From Chitinophagales bacterium (lineage in GTDB: Bacteria > Bacteroidota > Bacteroidia > Chitinophagales > Chitinophagaceae), in NCBI GenBank assembly GCA_038207175.1, contig JBBRAD010000016.1, positions 14,726 to 78,725 of the forward strand: a stretch of DNA of 64,000 nt, given 5' to 3'. This document shows, in pieces, positions 46,423 through 56,554 of the stretch (positions are counted from its first letter, which is position 1; each line of letters opens with the position of its first letter). The notes under the pieces are model-generated. The model was given only the letters and a program-made list of their open reading frames with translations, had not been told where the DNA came from and did no database searches. The translations under genes were made by a program, and so were the position numbers.

Positions 46423-47199
46423 TTATATGCTGATCTTTAAATTGTCGTATGCCAGTTGGATATGCTGCGGCAATGCATTGCTTATTTCTGCATGCCTGCC
46501 CAACTGGTGGCTCAGGTGTGTAAAATAAGCCTGCGGTATTTCAAGCTCGTCCACTAAATCAATCGCCTGCTGCAGTGTAAAATGCGCAATATGATCTTCT
46601 GTTCTTAAAGCATTTACAACCAGTATTTCCGAGCCTTTTATTTTTTCTTTTTCCGCCTCATCAACCCGGTTTGCATCTGTAATATAAGTAAAGTTTCCAA
46701 AACGGAAAGAATATACGGGCATTTTATAATGCCATACTTCAATGGGGATGATTTTTATATCGCCGATTGTAAAAGGCGTTTCATCAATGGTGATAAGGTT
46801 CAGCTCGGGTATACCGGGATAACGTTTATCAGAAAATGCATAAGCAAATTCCCTTTTTAGTGCTTCTTCAGTAAGCGAGTTGGCATATATATCCATCGCT
46901 TTGCCCTGGAAAAAATTATATGCACGCACATCATCGAGGCCTGCTGTATGATCTTTATGCGGATGTGTAAACAATACCGCATCCAATTGTTTGTTATTGA
47001 TGCGCAGCATTTGTTGCCGGAAATCAGGAGTGGTATCTACCACAATAGTTGTAGTAGAAGATTGCACCAAAATGCTTGTACGAAGCCGGTTATCTTTTGG
47101 ATCGCTTGATGTGCATACATGGCAACTGCAGGCAATCATGGGAATGCCGGTGCTGGTACCTGTGCCAAGGAAGGTGATTTGTAATTTGGAATTGGCCAC
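46423..47199 (-). CDS. MBL-fold metallo-hydrolase (PhnP-like)
   Basis: 258-aa ORF with the metallo-beta-lactamase motif THPHKDHTAGLDD and an N-terminal Cys cluster CSCHVC, as in PhnP-like enzymes. Confidence 0.8.
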   Translation of the reverse strand: MANSKLQITFLGTGTSTGIPMIACSCHVCTSSDPKDNRLRTSILVQSSTTTIVVDTTPDFRQQMLRINNKQLDAVLFTHPHKDHTAGLDDVRAYNFFQGKAMDIYANSLTEEALKREFAYAFSDKRYPGIPELNLITIDETPFTIGDIKIIPIEVWHYKMPVYSFRFGNFTYITDANRVDEAEKEKIKGSEILVVNALRTEDHIAHFTLQQAIDLVDELEIPQAYFTHLSHQLGRHAEISNALPQHIQLAYDNLKISI

Positions 47200-47258
47200 G
47201 CATCAAAACTAAAACAAAAGCTGTGAGAAAAAATGTGTGAAATGCTAAGATTTATTTT

Positions 47259-47531
47259 TTATGCTGATACGATAATTTGTTTCATCACCCCTTCATATAG
47301 TTTCTGCGATTCCAGTGTAAGTTTATCAAATTTAATATTCAGTTGCGGGATGATTTCGAGAAGCGTATTTATCTTTCCTTCCACATCAAGAAATTTATTT
47401 AATACAACGATCTTTCTTTCTTCAAGCAGGCACCAGCCGCTTTGAAAGTTCCCTCTTTCAAAACGGATAATATAACTAGACTGGCTGAGTACATCCTGAA
47501 GTTTATCTAAATAAGATTGTGTGAATTTCAT
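47259..47531 (-). CDS. Hypothetical small protein downstream of porX
   Basis: 90-aa ORF, same strand and 111 nt downstream of porX. I recognised no domain. Confidence 0.45.
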   Translation of the reverse strand: MKFTQSYLDKLQDVLSQSSYIIRFERGNFQSGWCLLEERKIVVLNKFLDVEGKINTLLEIIPQLNIKFDKLTLESQKLYEGVMKQIIVSA

Positions 47532-47642
47532 ATCTGTACCCTGCAGGGGATTTTATCATATTCAAAATTAATATTGCATTTTCTGCGGACAGGATTCTTT
47601 TATCCACAATGAGGTTTATTTTTTTTTGAAGGATAGAAAAAA

Positions 47643-49199
47643 TTATTTACTCACCATCTTTACCACCGGAATAATCATTTCTTCCAGGCTCACGCCGCCA
47701 TGCTGAAAAGTATTGCGGTAATAATTTACGTAATGATTGTAATTATTGGGGTAGCATAAAAAGCCATCTTCCTTTGCAAAAATGAAGGAAGAATTTACAT
47801 TGGGCACGGGCAGGCCCGCTTCACGCGGGTCGCGGAAAGCAAGTACTTCTTTGGGGTCATAATTTAAATTACGGCCATGCTTGTAGCGCAGGTTGGTAGT
47901 GGTTTGTTTATCGCCGATTACTTTGCACGGGGTTTTTACACGCACACTTCCATGATCTGTTGCCAGCACAATATTTATTTTTTTATCTGCTATTTTTTTC
48001 AGGGCCTGGTGCAGCGGGCTGTGCTCAAACCAGCTTCTGGTAATGCTTCTGTAGCTTACCTCATCGGCGGCGAGTTCTTTCAGTACTTCCATTTCTGTGC
48101 GTGCATGGCTCATCATGTCCACAAAATTGTAAATGATAATATTCAAATCATTCCGCAGCAGGTTGTGTATATTATTTACTAATTGAGTGCCATCATTGTG
48201 GTGTGTAATTTTTGTATAACTGTATTTTATATCATCCCTTTTCAGCCTTTTCAACTGCCCGCGGAAGAATTCTTCTTCAAATAAATTTTTACCCCCTTCT
48301 TCATCATCGTTTTTCCACTGCACTGGGTATTGCTTTTCAATATCAACCGGCAGCATGCCTGCAAAAATCGCATTGCGGCAATACTGCGTGGCCGTTGGCA
48401 GGATGCTGTAAAAAGTTTCTTCTTCAAGTATGCGGAAGCTTTCAGCAAATATTGGCTGTATCGCTTTCCACTGGTCGTAACGTAAATTATCAATTACCAC
48501 AAAAAAAGTGGGTGTGTTTTTTTCAATATGCGGAAGCACTTTAAATTTAAAGAGGTTATGGCTCATCACCGGGGCATCGGTTGACTTTGGATGCACCCAG
48601 CCTGCATAATTTTTGCTTACAAATTTGTAAAACTCTGTATTGGCTTCCTGTTTTTGTGCCTGAAATACTTCGCGCATTTCGGGGCTGTCGCTCTTTTCCA
48701 TTTCAAGCTCCCAATACACAAGTTTTTTATAAATATCCATCCACTCATTATAATCCGGGTTGCTGTTAAGTGCCATAAATAAATTGCGGAACTGCTGCTG
48801 GTAAGCGCTGGTTGTTTTTTCTGCAACCAGTCTTTTATTATCAATAATTTTTTTAAGGCTCAGCAGCACCTGGTTTGGGTTTACAGGTTTTATCAGGTAA
48901 TCTGTTATCTGGCTGCCAATGGCATCATCCATTAAATTTTCCGTTTCATTTTTTGTAATCATCACCACCGGTATTTGCCTGTTTACTTCTTTTATTTTCT
49001 GCAATGTTTCCAGGCCGCTTATGCCGGGCATGGTTTCATCAAGCAGCACCACATCTACTGCATGTTCTTTTACAAAATCAATTGCTTCAAAGCCATTGGT
49101 AAGCGTATGCACTTCGTATCCTTTATTTTCTAAAAATAATTTTTGAGACTGCAGGCTTTCTATTTCATCATCCACCCAAAGTATAGTTGCTAAAGGCAT
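47643..49199 (-). CDS. porX: T9SS response-regulator signal transducer PorX (CheY receiver + PglZ/alkaline-phosphatase-like domain)
   Basis: 518-aa ORF with a receiver domain (ILWVDDEIESL...VLLDETMPGISG...TKN) fused to a PglZ-type domain (VIDNLRYDQW...TDHGS). The architecture is the PorX receiver-PglZ fusion as I recall it, and the length is consistent with that. Confidence 0.8.
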   Translation of the reverse strand: MPLATILWVDDEIESLQSQKLFLENKGYEVHTLTNGFEAIDFVKEHAVDVVLLDETMPGISGLETLQKIKEVNRQIPVVMITKNETENLMDDAIGSQITDYLIKPVNPNQVLLSLKKIIDNKRLVAEKTTSAYQQQFRNLFMALNSNPDYNEWMDIYKKLVYWELEMEKSDSPEMREVFQAQKQEANTEFYKFVSKNYAGWVHPKSTDAPVMSHNLFKFKVLPHIEKNTPTFFVVIDNLRYDQWKAIQPIFAESFRILEEETFYSILPTATQYCRNAIFAGMLPVDIEKQYPVQWKNDDEEGGKNLFEEEFFRGQLKRLKRDDIKYSYTKITHHNDGTQLVNNIHNLLRNDLNIIIYNFVDMMSHARTEMEVLKELAADEVSYRSITRSWFEHSPLHQALKKIADKKINIVLATDHGSVRVKTPCKVIGDKQTTTNLRYKHGRNLNYDPKEVLAFRDPREAGLPVPNVNSSFIFAKEDGFLCYPNNYNHYVNYYRNTFQHGGVSLEEMIIPVVKMVSK

Positions 49200-49402
49200 A
49201 ATTAAATTTTAGATTTATAGTTTAAGATTTGCAATTTTCCCGGCGAATAATTTTTTACAGTTTGTAATTTCTGTAACATTCGTTCATGCAGTTTGCAAAT
49301 CTGCACATTCATTTGCACATTTGTATAACTTGTTCCGCTTTTCAGTAGTTTTCAGCCGTATTTGGGTTAAGATATTTACACATTAACAAATCAGCAACAG
49401 GA

Positions 49403-50617
49403 ATGCCCTCTATAAAAAGAAAAATCATCAATGACCCTGTATATGGTTTTATTACAGTTGATCAGCCCTTGATTTTTGATATTATTTCGCATCGCAGCTA
49501 CCAGCGTTTGCGCCGCATCCACCAAATGGCGCTGGCTTACTTGGTTTTTCCCGGCGCAGTACATACAAGGCTGCATCATTCACTGGGGGCATATCATCTG
49601 ATGTGCCAGGCCGTAAATGAACTGCGGAGCAAAGGCGCAAACATAACAATTGATGAGGAAATTGCAGTAAAGGCGGCTATTTTACTGCATGATATTGGCC
49701 ACGGGCCTTTTTCACATGCGCTGGAAAATATTTTAATACCGGGCGTGCACCACGAGGAACTAAGCCTGCAGATTATGCACGAAATGAATGAACAGTTAAA
49801 CGGGGTTTTGAACTTGGCAATAAAAATTTTTACCAATAAATATCACAAACCATTTCTGCATCAGCTTATCAGCGGGCAATTAGATGTTGACCGCATGGAT
49901 TATTTAACGCGTGACAGTTTTTTTACCGGTGTAAGCGAAGGCGTAATAGGCTATGACCGCATTTTAAAAATGCTTGCTGTGCAAAACGGCCAGTTGATGA
50001 TTGAAGAAAAAGGCATTTACAGTGTGGAAAAATTTTTGGTGGCACGCAGACAGATGTACTGGCAGGTGTACCTGCATAAAACAGTGCTTGCTTCAGAAAA
50101 AATGCTGATCAAAATTATGCAACGCGCAAAAGAAATTTATAACAAAACAGATATACCATTAAACATTTATTCAGCGTTAGACTTTTTTTTAAAGGAGTTT
50201 GAAGGAACGATGACCAAAGAAGCGCTTGAAAAATTTTGTCTCCTTGATGATGATGATATTTCATTTGCCATAAAAAAATGGAGCAGCCACCCTGACTTTG
50301 TTTTATCAACATTGTGCAGCAGCTTACTGAACCGCAGGTTGTATAAATGCAGCCTGCAGGCACAGCCTTTCAGCAAAACATTGATTGAATCAAAAAAAGC
50401 GGAAACGGCAAAAAGGCTTGGAATTACTGAGGAAGAAGCGGCTTATTTTGTATTTACGGGGGAAGCAGTAAATACTACATACACATTGAATGATGAGCAT
50501 ATCAATATTTTATTCAAAGACGGGAGTGTTAAGAATATTTCCGGGGTGGATAACCCCCTTATTCATCAAACTCTTTCAATGCCTGTAAAAAAATTCTACA
50601 TTTGTCAATTAATATAG
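49403..50617 (+). CDS. HD-domain phosphohydrolase, SAMHD1/dNTP-triphosphohydrolase-like
   Basis: 404-aa ORF. RLHHSLG, LLHDIGHGPFSH and QLDVDRMDYLTRDS are the HD-dNTPase metal and catalytic motifs. Confidence 0.8.
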   Translation: MPSIKRKIINDPVYGFITVDQPLIFDIISHRSYQRLRRIHQMALAYLVFPGAVHTRLHHSLGAYHLMCQAVNELRSKGANITIDEEIAVKAAILLHDIGHGPFSHALENILIPGVHHEELSLQIMHEMNEQLNGVLNLAIKIFTNKYHKPFLHQLISGQLDVDRMDYLTRDSFFTGVSEGVIGYDRILKMLAVQNGQLMIEEKGIYSVEKFLVARRQMYWQVYLHKTVLASEKMLIKIMQRAKEIYNKTDIPLNIYSALDFFLKEFEGTMTKEALEKFCLLDDDDISFAIKKWSSHPDFVLSTLCSSLLNRRLYKCSLQAQPFSKTLIESKKAETAKRLGITEEEAAYFVFTGEAVNTTYTLNDEHINILFKDGSVKNISGVDNPLIHQTLSMPVKKFYICQLI

Positions 50618-50723
50618 CTACCGGCTGTCAGCTATCGGCTATCAGTTATAAGCAGGGTACAATGGTCAAAAGCTCAAAACTGATAGTTCACGGCTTACAG
50701 CTTATGGCTTAAAGCTTGAAACT

Positions 50724-51776
50724 ATGACTTTCAGCGCAGCCCAAATAGCCATGATAATAAATGGCGAAGTTGAAGGAGATGCTTCTGCATCAGTAAACTC
50801 CTTTGGAAAAATTGAAGAGGCACAAAACGGCCAGCTTGCTTTTCTGGCAAACCCCAAATACGAGGATTTTTTATATTCTACCTGTGCATCGGTAATTATT
50901 ATTAATGAAAACCAGGAATTGAAACAGCCTGTTAGCGCAACACTTATACGCGTTGCCGATGCCTATTCTGCATTTGCAACACTTTTAAATAAATACCAGG
51001 AAATTGTAACACAACAGCTAAACGGCGTTCAGCAGCCAAGTTATATTGATGGTTCTGCTAAAATTGGCGAAAATGTTTTTGTGGGCGCTTTTACCTATAT
51101 CGGCCAGAATGCCTGTATTGGTAATGATGTAAAACTATTTCCGGGCGTTTTTATTGGCAATAATGTTAAGGTTGGCGATAACACTATTCTCCATCCGGGC
51201 GTAAAAATATATTTTGACTGTCTAGTGGGCAAAAATGTTACCATTCATGCAGGAACAGTAATTGGTGGTGATGGTTTTGGGTTTGCCCCGCAGGCTGATG
51301 GCTCTTACAAAAAAGTGCCGCAGATTGGCAATGTGGTGATAGAAGATTTTGTTGAAATTGGTTCCAATGCAACCATTGACCGTGCAACAATCGGCTCCAC
51401 CATCATACATTCAGGCGCAAAGCTGGATAACCTTATCCAGATTGCGCATAATGTAGAAGTTGGTAATAACACAGTGATTGCAGCGCAGGCAGGTGTAAGC
51501 GGAAGTACAAAAATTGGCAGTAATGTAATGATTGGCGGCCAGGCGGGCATTGTAGGCCATATACAAATTGCCGATGGCAGTAAAGTAAATGCCCAAAGTG
51601 GTGTAACAAAATCCATTAAAACACCGAACACTGCTGTTACAGGTTCACCGGCATTTGATTATACAAGCGCTTTGCGGAGCCAGGCAGTAGGACGCAACCT
51701 TCCTGAATTAGAGAAACGAATTGCCGAGCTTGAAAAAATGTTGCAGCAATTATTACAGGAAAGGATAGACATTTAA
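50724..51776 (+). CDS. lpxD: UDP-3-O-(3-hydroxyacyl)glucosamine N-acyltransferase
   Basis: 350-aa ORF with the LpxD N-terminal domain, long left-handed beta-helix hexapeptide repeats and a C-terminal coiled helix. It sits in the lpxD / lpxC-fabZ / lpxA gene order. Confidence 0.9.
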   Translation: MTFSAAQIAMIINGEVEGDASASVNSFGKIEEAQNGQLAFLANPKYEDFLYSTCASVIIINENQELKQPVSATLIRVADAYSAFATLLNKYQEIVTQQLNGVQQPSYIDGSAKIGENVFVGAFTYIGQNACIGNDVKLFPGVFIGNNVKVGDNTILHPGVKIYFDCLVGKNVTIHAGTVIGGDGFGFAPQADGSYKKVPQIGNVVIEDFVEIGSNATIDRATIGSTIIHSGAKLDNLIQIAHNVEVGNNTVIAAQAGVSGSTKIGSNVMIGGQAGIVGHIQIADGSKVNAQSGVTKSIKTPNTAVTGSPAFDYTSALRSQAVGRNLPELEKRIAELEKMLQQLLQERIDI

Positions 51777-52058
51777 TAAATGTTCTTCAGCAATTCCAAA
51801 CAATAAACCCTGCCTTTCACAGTTTAACTGTAAAATTTCCCTTAAATTCATTTGCATAGTATAAGCGGCAGTAAAGCCTTATTTTTGCTACCCCATCAGA
51901 AATGTTGGTATTACGTTAAGCGTACAGGGTTGCGGTGCAAATAAAGTTCAATAGCATTGGTCAGGGTGGTACAAATTTTTTTTTGTTCCCGGCATTTGTC
52001 CTTTATTCTTCATTTGTTGCGTCGCACTCTTCAACATAAAATTTTTAATGAGCAATAG

Positions 52059-53471
52059 ATGAATATGAATTTTAATCCAGACAAGCAGCATACACTTGCT
52101 TCGCAGGTAAGTATAAGCGGCACGGGTTTGCATACAGGAGTGATAGTTGATATGACTTTAAAACCTGCAAATCCGGGTTTTGGTATCCAGTTTCAGCGCA
52201 TTGATCTTCCAAACCGCCCCGTTGTAAAAGCTGACTGCGATTTGGTAACAGATACAAGCCGCGGTACTACATTGCAAAGCGCTGATGCTAAAATAAGTAC
52301 AGTAGAGCATATACTTGCGGCACTGGTAGGTTTAGGTATTGATAATGTTCTGATAGAACTGAACGGCCCTGAAATACCCATAGTGGATGGAAGTTCGCAG
52401 CCTTTTATTGAATTAATTGATGAAACCGGCGTACAGGAGCAGGAAGCTGCAAAAGCCTGGTACAGCATTGATGAAAATATTTATCATTATGACGAAGTAA
52501 AACGCGTGGAAATGGTAGCGCTGCCATCAATGGATTACCAGATTACCACCCTGATAGATTTTAACAGCCCGGTGCTTGGTACACAACACGCAGGTTTAAA
52601 AACTATGCGCGATTTTAAAACTGAAATTGCGCCATGCCGTACTTTTTGTTTTTTGCATGAGCTGGAAATGCTGCTGGATCATAACCTGATAAAGGGGGGC
52701 GATATAAATAATGCCATTGTGGTGGTAGATAAGCCTGTAACAAAGGAAGAAATGAACAGGCTGGCAAAAGTTTTTAAACGTGATAAAATTGAAGTGAAAA
52801 GCGAAGGTTATTTGAATAACTTGGAGCTGCGTTTTCCCAATGAACCTGCCAGGCATAAATTACTTGATGTAGTTGGGGATCTTGCATTGATCGGCTATCC
52901 GATTAAAGCAAGAATTATCGCCAACCGTCCGGGTCACAGTACCAATGTTGAATTTGCCAAAAAGATAAAACAATATATCAAAAAAAATAAACATGCAATT
53001 AAAAATGTACCGGTATATGATCCGGCACAACGCCCCGTTTTCAGTTTAGAACAGATTGAAAAAACATTGCCGCACCGGTTCCCTTTCTTACTGCTTGATA
53101 AGATTATTGAATTAACCGACACAGTGATTGTAGGTATAAAAAATGTAACATTCAACGAATGGTTTTTTCAGGGACATTTCCCCGGAAACCCTGTAATGCC
53201 GGGCGTTTTGCAGATAGAAGCGCTTGCGCAAACGGGCGGCATACTTGCCATAAACAGTATGCCGGAAGGTAAGTACGATACTTATTTTTTAAAAATTGAT
53301 AATTGCAAATTCAAGCAAAAAGTAGTGCCGGGTGATACTATGATTTTAAAAATGGAATTGAACGGGCCTATAAGGCGGGGAATTTGTGATATGAAGGGAA
53401 CGGTTTATGTAGGTGGCAAAGTAGCTACAGAAGCGGATATGGTGGCACAGGTAGTTAAAAGTATCACTTAA
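52059..53471 (+). CDS. lpxC-fabZ: Bifunctional UDP-3-O-acyl-GlcNAc deacetylase / 3-hydroxyacyl-ACP dehydratase
   Basis: 470-aa ORF. The N-terminal LpxC part has GTGLHTG, TVEHILAAL and HKLLDVVGDLAL. The C-terminal FabZ hot-dog part has LPHRFPFLLLDKI and FFQGHFPGNPVMPGVL. Confidence 0.95.
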   Translation: MNMNFNPDKQHTLASQVSISGTGLHTGVIVDMTLKPANPGFGIQFQRIDLPNRPVVKADCDLVTDTSRGTTLQSADAKISTVEHILAALVGLGIDNVLIELNGPEIPIVDGSSQPFIELIDETGVQEQEAAKAWYSIDENIYHYDEVKRVEMVALPSMDYQITTLIDFNSPVLGTQHAGLKTMRDFKTEIAPCRTFCFLHELEMLLDHNLIKGGDINNAIVVVDKPVTKEEMNRLAKVFKRDKIEVKSEGYLNNLELRFPNEPARHKLLDVVGDLALIGYPIKARIIANRPGHSTNVEFAKKIKQYIKKNKHAIKNVPVYDPAQRPVFSLEQIEKTLPHRFPFLLLDKIIELTDTVIVGIKNVTFNEWFFQGHFPGNPVMPGVLQIEALAQTGGILAINSMPEGKYDTYFLKIDNCKFKQKVVPGDTMILKMELNGPIRRGICDMKGTVYVGGKVATEADMVAQVVKSIT

Positions 53472-53534
53472 AATTCTGCCTGCGCTTTCTTCAGGTATTA
53501 AATCTATTTATAAGAGTATCAAAGAAAAAAATTC

Positions 53535-54332
53535 ATGATTCACCCCCATACTTACATTCACCCGAATGCAAAACTTGCACAGAACGTAAAAATAGACCCC
53601 TTTACCGTTATTCACCAGGATGTGGAAATAGGTGAAGGAACCTGGATTGGCAGTAATGTAACCATTATGGAGGGCACAAGGATTGGAAAAAATTGCCGTG
53701 TATTTCCGGGTGCAGTATTAGGAGCCGTTCCGCAGGACCTGAAATATGGTGGTGAAAAAACATATGTTGAAATTGGGGATAATACAACCATCCGCGAATT
53801 TGTAACTATTAACCGCGGCACTTCAGACAGGTGGAAAACTAAGGTGGGCAACAATTGCCTTATTATGGCTTACAGCCATCTGGCGCATGATTGTATTATT
53901 GGCAATAATTGCGTATTAAGCAACAGCGTACAGGTAGCCGGCCATGTAATAATGGGCGACTGGGCATGGATTGCCGGTGTAAGCGCAGTACACCAGTTTG
54001 TGAATATTGGGCAGCATGCGTATATAGCAGGTGGAAGTTTGGTGAGCAAAGATGTTCCTCCATATATTAAAGCCGTGCGTAACCCATTAAGCTACGGAGG
54101 CGTAAACAGTATCGGGCTTAAACGCCGTGGTTTTGAACTGGAAAAAATCAACCATATACTTGATATATACCGTACCATTTTCAGTAAGGGCCTTAATACC
54201 ACGCAGGCGCTTGAATATATTGAAGAAGAATTACCTGCCACCGATGAGCGTGATGAAATAGTAACTTTTATACGTGAAAGCGGTCGGGGCATTATTAAAA
54301 GGTATATTAAAGGTGCGGTGGAAGAAGATTAA
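53535..54332 (+). CDS. lpxA: Acyl-ACP--UDP-N-acetylglucosamine O-acyltransferase
   Basis: 265-aa ORF with hexapeptide repeats followed by the helical C-terminal domain (NSIGLKRRGF). The operon context supports the call. Confidence 0.9.
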   Translation: MIHPHTYIHPNAKLAQNVKIDPFTVIHQDVEIGEGTWIGSNVTIMEGTRIGKNCRVFPGAVLGAVPQDLKYGGEKTYVEIGDNTTIREFVTINRGTSDRWKTKVGNNCLIMAYSHLAHDCIIGNNCVLSNSVQVAGHVIMGDWAWIAGVSAVHQFVNIGQHAYIAGGSLVSKDVPPYIKAVRNPLSYGGVNSIGLKRRGFELEKINHILDIYRTIFSKGLNTTQALEYIEEELPATDERDEIVTFIRESGRGIIKRYIKGAVEED

Positions 54333-54477
54333 AAGAACTTCATTTAAACAATGTATCTTTTTATACCGGCGATGGTTTTTAACAGCGTCTTCCCTTCCCC
54401 GCCCGGTTAGGCAGGGCTGCGCTGCAGTTGCTTTATCACCTGAATAATTGGGCTTTCTTTTTTATCTTTCCTTTTCA

Positions 54478-55095
54478 ATGAAAATAATTTTACAGGATGC
54501 AGGCAAACGTTTCAACCGGGACTGGATATTCCGTCATTTGAATTTTTCTTTTGAAACAGGAAAATCTTACGCCATCACAGGGCCAAACGGAAGCGGCAAA
54601 AGCACTTTGCTGCAGGTACTTGCGGCAAGTATGGATGCAAGCGAGGGGACTTGCAAATGGTCTGCAGGCAATAATATGTTACAAAATGAAGAAGTATTTC
54701 AGCATATCTCCATCGCTGCGCCATACCTGGAACTGATTGAAGAAATGACTGCCAGTGAATTCCTGCGTTTCCATCAAATATTCAAGCCATTTATTTCTTT
54801 TCCGGGCATTGCTGATATTTTGAAAACTATTGGCCTGGAAAAAGCTGCTGAAAAACAAATCAGGTTTTACAGCAGCGGAATGAAACAGCGTATAAAACTG
54901 GCACAGGCAATTTTTTGTGATGTGCCTGTAATTTTACTGGATGAGCCCTGTACAAACCTTGATGCACCGGGTTATGAATTGTATCACCGGCTTATTACAG
55001 AATATTGCGCAGATAAATTAATTATCGTAAGCAGCAATGATGTGAATGAATATGATTTTTGCGGGGAGAGGTTGAATATTTTGGATTATAAATAA
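54478..55095 (+). CDS. ABC transporter ATP-binding protein (small, stand-alone)
   Basis: Walker A GPNGSGKST, signature YSSGMKQR and Walker B ILLDEP. The start was set at the ATG at 54478 (MKIILQDAGKRF). Confidence 0.75.
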   Translation: MKIILQDAGKRFNRDWIFRHLNFSFETGKSYAITGPNGSGKSTLLQVLAASMDASEGTCKWSAGNNMLQNEEVFQHISIAAPYLELIEEMTASEFLRFHQIFKPFISFPGIADILKTIGLEKAAEKQIRFYSSGMKQRIKLAQAIFCDVPVILLDEPCTNLDAPGYELYHRLITEYCADKLIIVSSNDVNEYDFCGERLNILDYK

Positions 55096-55127
55096 GTACA
55101 TGCCGTATAAAACTTTCGCCGGTATCA

Positions 55128-55160
55128 TAAAAAATGACAGGCACCACCTGTCATTTTTTG
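55128..55160. terminator. Bidirectional hairpin terminator between the ABC ATPase and clpX (convergent)
   Basis: AAAAAATGACAGG-cacca-CCTGTCATTTTTT, a perfect 8-bp stem with an A-run on one side and a T-run on the other. Confidence 0.75.
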
Positions 55161-55177
55161 TAAAATATTTTTTAATC

Positions 55178-56413
55178 TTATGCTACTTTCAGCAAACTCA
55201 TTTTGCTTTTACTGAATTTGTTTTCGGCATAATCAAGTGTAATATGCAGTTCTTTTGCGCCTGTGCCGGGCAGGTCAAACATGGCGTCATTCAATATCTG
55301 TTCACAAATACTTCTCAATCCCCTTGCGCCCAATTTGTATTCCAGCGCTTTGCTTACCATAAAGTCAAGCACGGCTTCATCAACTTTTAAATCAACACTT
55401 TCAAAACTGAAAAGCCTTGTGTATTGTTTTATTAAACTGTTTTTTGGTTCAGTTAAAATAGAACGCAGTGTTTCCTTATCCAATGGGTCGAGGTGGGTAA
55501 CAACAGGAAGGCGGCCAAGCAGCTCCGGTATCAGCCCAAAAGATTTCAAATCGGGTGCATTGATAAACTGCAGCAGGTTTTTGCGCTGCAGTTCCTGCGT
55601 ATCTTTATTCACGTTAAACCCGATTGCATTTGTATTTACGCGGCGGGCTATTACTTTATCAATACCATCAAAAGCGCCACCGCATATAAACAAAATATTG
55701 CTGGTGTTTAATTTTATCATCTTTTGCTCGGGATGTTTACGGCCACCCTGCGGCGGTACCAGTACTTCTGTGCCTTCCAGCATTTTTAATAAACCCTGCT
55801 GCACACCTTCGCCGCTTACATCACGGGTAATAGAAGGGTTATCACCTTTGCGGGCAATCTTGTCTATTTCATCAATATAAACTATTCCTTTTTCCGCGGC
55901 TGCAATATCATAGTTGCAGGCCTGGAGTAAACGGGTAAGCATGCTTTCCACATCTTCGCCCACATAACCTGCTTCTGTAAACACAGTGGCATCTACAATC
56001 GCAAAAGGTACATTCAGCAGGCGGGCAATTGTTTTTGCCAGCAGTGTTTTGCCGGTACCGGTTTCGCCCACCATAATGATATTGCTTTTTTCAATTTCAA
56101 CATCATCATTTTGCTGTTTTTGGGTAATGCGTTTATAGTGGTTGTAAACAGCAACAGATAAAACTTTTTTTGCATCATTCTGCCCGATTACATACTGGTC
56201 AAGAAATTCTTTTATCTCAAGCGGTTTGCGTATGTTAAAACGGTACTGAGTGGTTTGCTGTTCCTGCCTCTGGTGCTGTTCCTGCAGGATGATTTCCTGT
56301 GCGTGCTCTACACAGTTTTCGCATATATGGCCTTCCTGTCCTGCTATGAGGATTTTTACTTCATCGCGGCTGCGCCCGCAAAATGAACAATGAAGGTTTG
56401 TTTGTTTAGCCAT
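55178..56413 (-). CDS. clpX: ATP-dependent Clp protease ATP-binding subunit ClpX
   Basis: 411-aa ORF with an N-terminal zinc finger (CSFCGR...CENC) and Walker A GETGTGKTLLA. It also has the GYVGEDVE pore loop and IVYIDEIDKI. Confidence 0.97.
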   Translation of the reverse strand: MAKQTNLHCSFCGRSRDEVKILIAGQEGHICENCVEHAQEIILQEQHQRQEQQTTQYRFNIRKPLEIKEFLDQYVIGQNDAKKVLSVAVYNHYKRITQKQQNDDVEIEKSNIIMVGETGTGKTLLAKTIARLLNVPFAIVDATVFTEAGYVGEDVESMLTRLLQACNYDIAAAEKGIVYIDEIDKIARKGDNPSITRDVSGEGVQQGLLKMLEGTEVLVPPQGGRKHPEQKMIKLNTSNILFICGGAFDGIDKVIARRVNTNAIGFNVNKDTQELQRKNLLQFINAPDLKSFGLIPELLGRLPVVTHLDPLDKETLRSILTEPKNSLIKQYTRLFSFESVDLKVDEAVLDFMVSKALEYKLGARGLRSICEQILNDAMFDLPGTGAKELHITLDYAENKFSKSKMSLLKVA

Positions 56414-56460
56414 GATTAATGAATACGTTTTTTAGGTTTTCAGGATTGTTGGAATTACAA

Positions 56461-56491
56461 AAATAATAAAACCACCCAAAACAGTGGTTTT
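56461..56491 (-). terminator. Possible hairpin terminator between the second clpP paralog and clpX
   Basis: An AAAACCAC-8 nt-GTGGTTTT stem, followed on the minus strand by a T-rich tract. Confidence 0.45.
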
Positions 56492-56554
56492 ATTATAAAT
56501 TGAAACCTTTAAGGGCTTTGTTTAAAACTATTTAAAATAAGAAAACATAGGCGG

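Noticed and set aside
47643-49199. A PglZ domain as a possible marker of a BREX or other phage-defence system.
   Set aside because: The PglZ domain is fused to a CheY receiver in a 518-aa protein, which is the PorX architecture. There are no brxC, pglX, brxL or methyltransferase neighbours, and the context is housekeeping.
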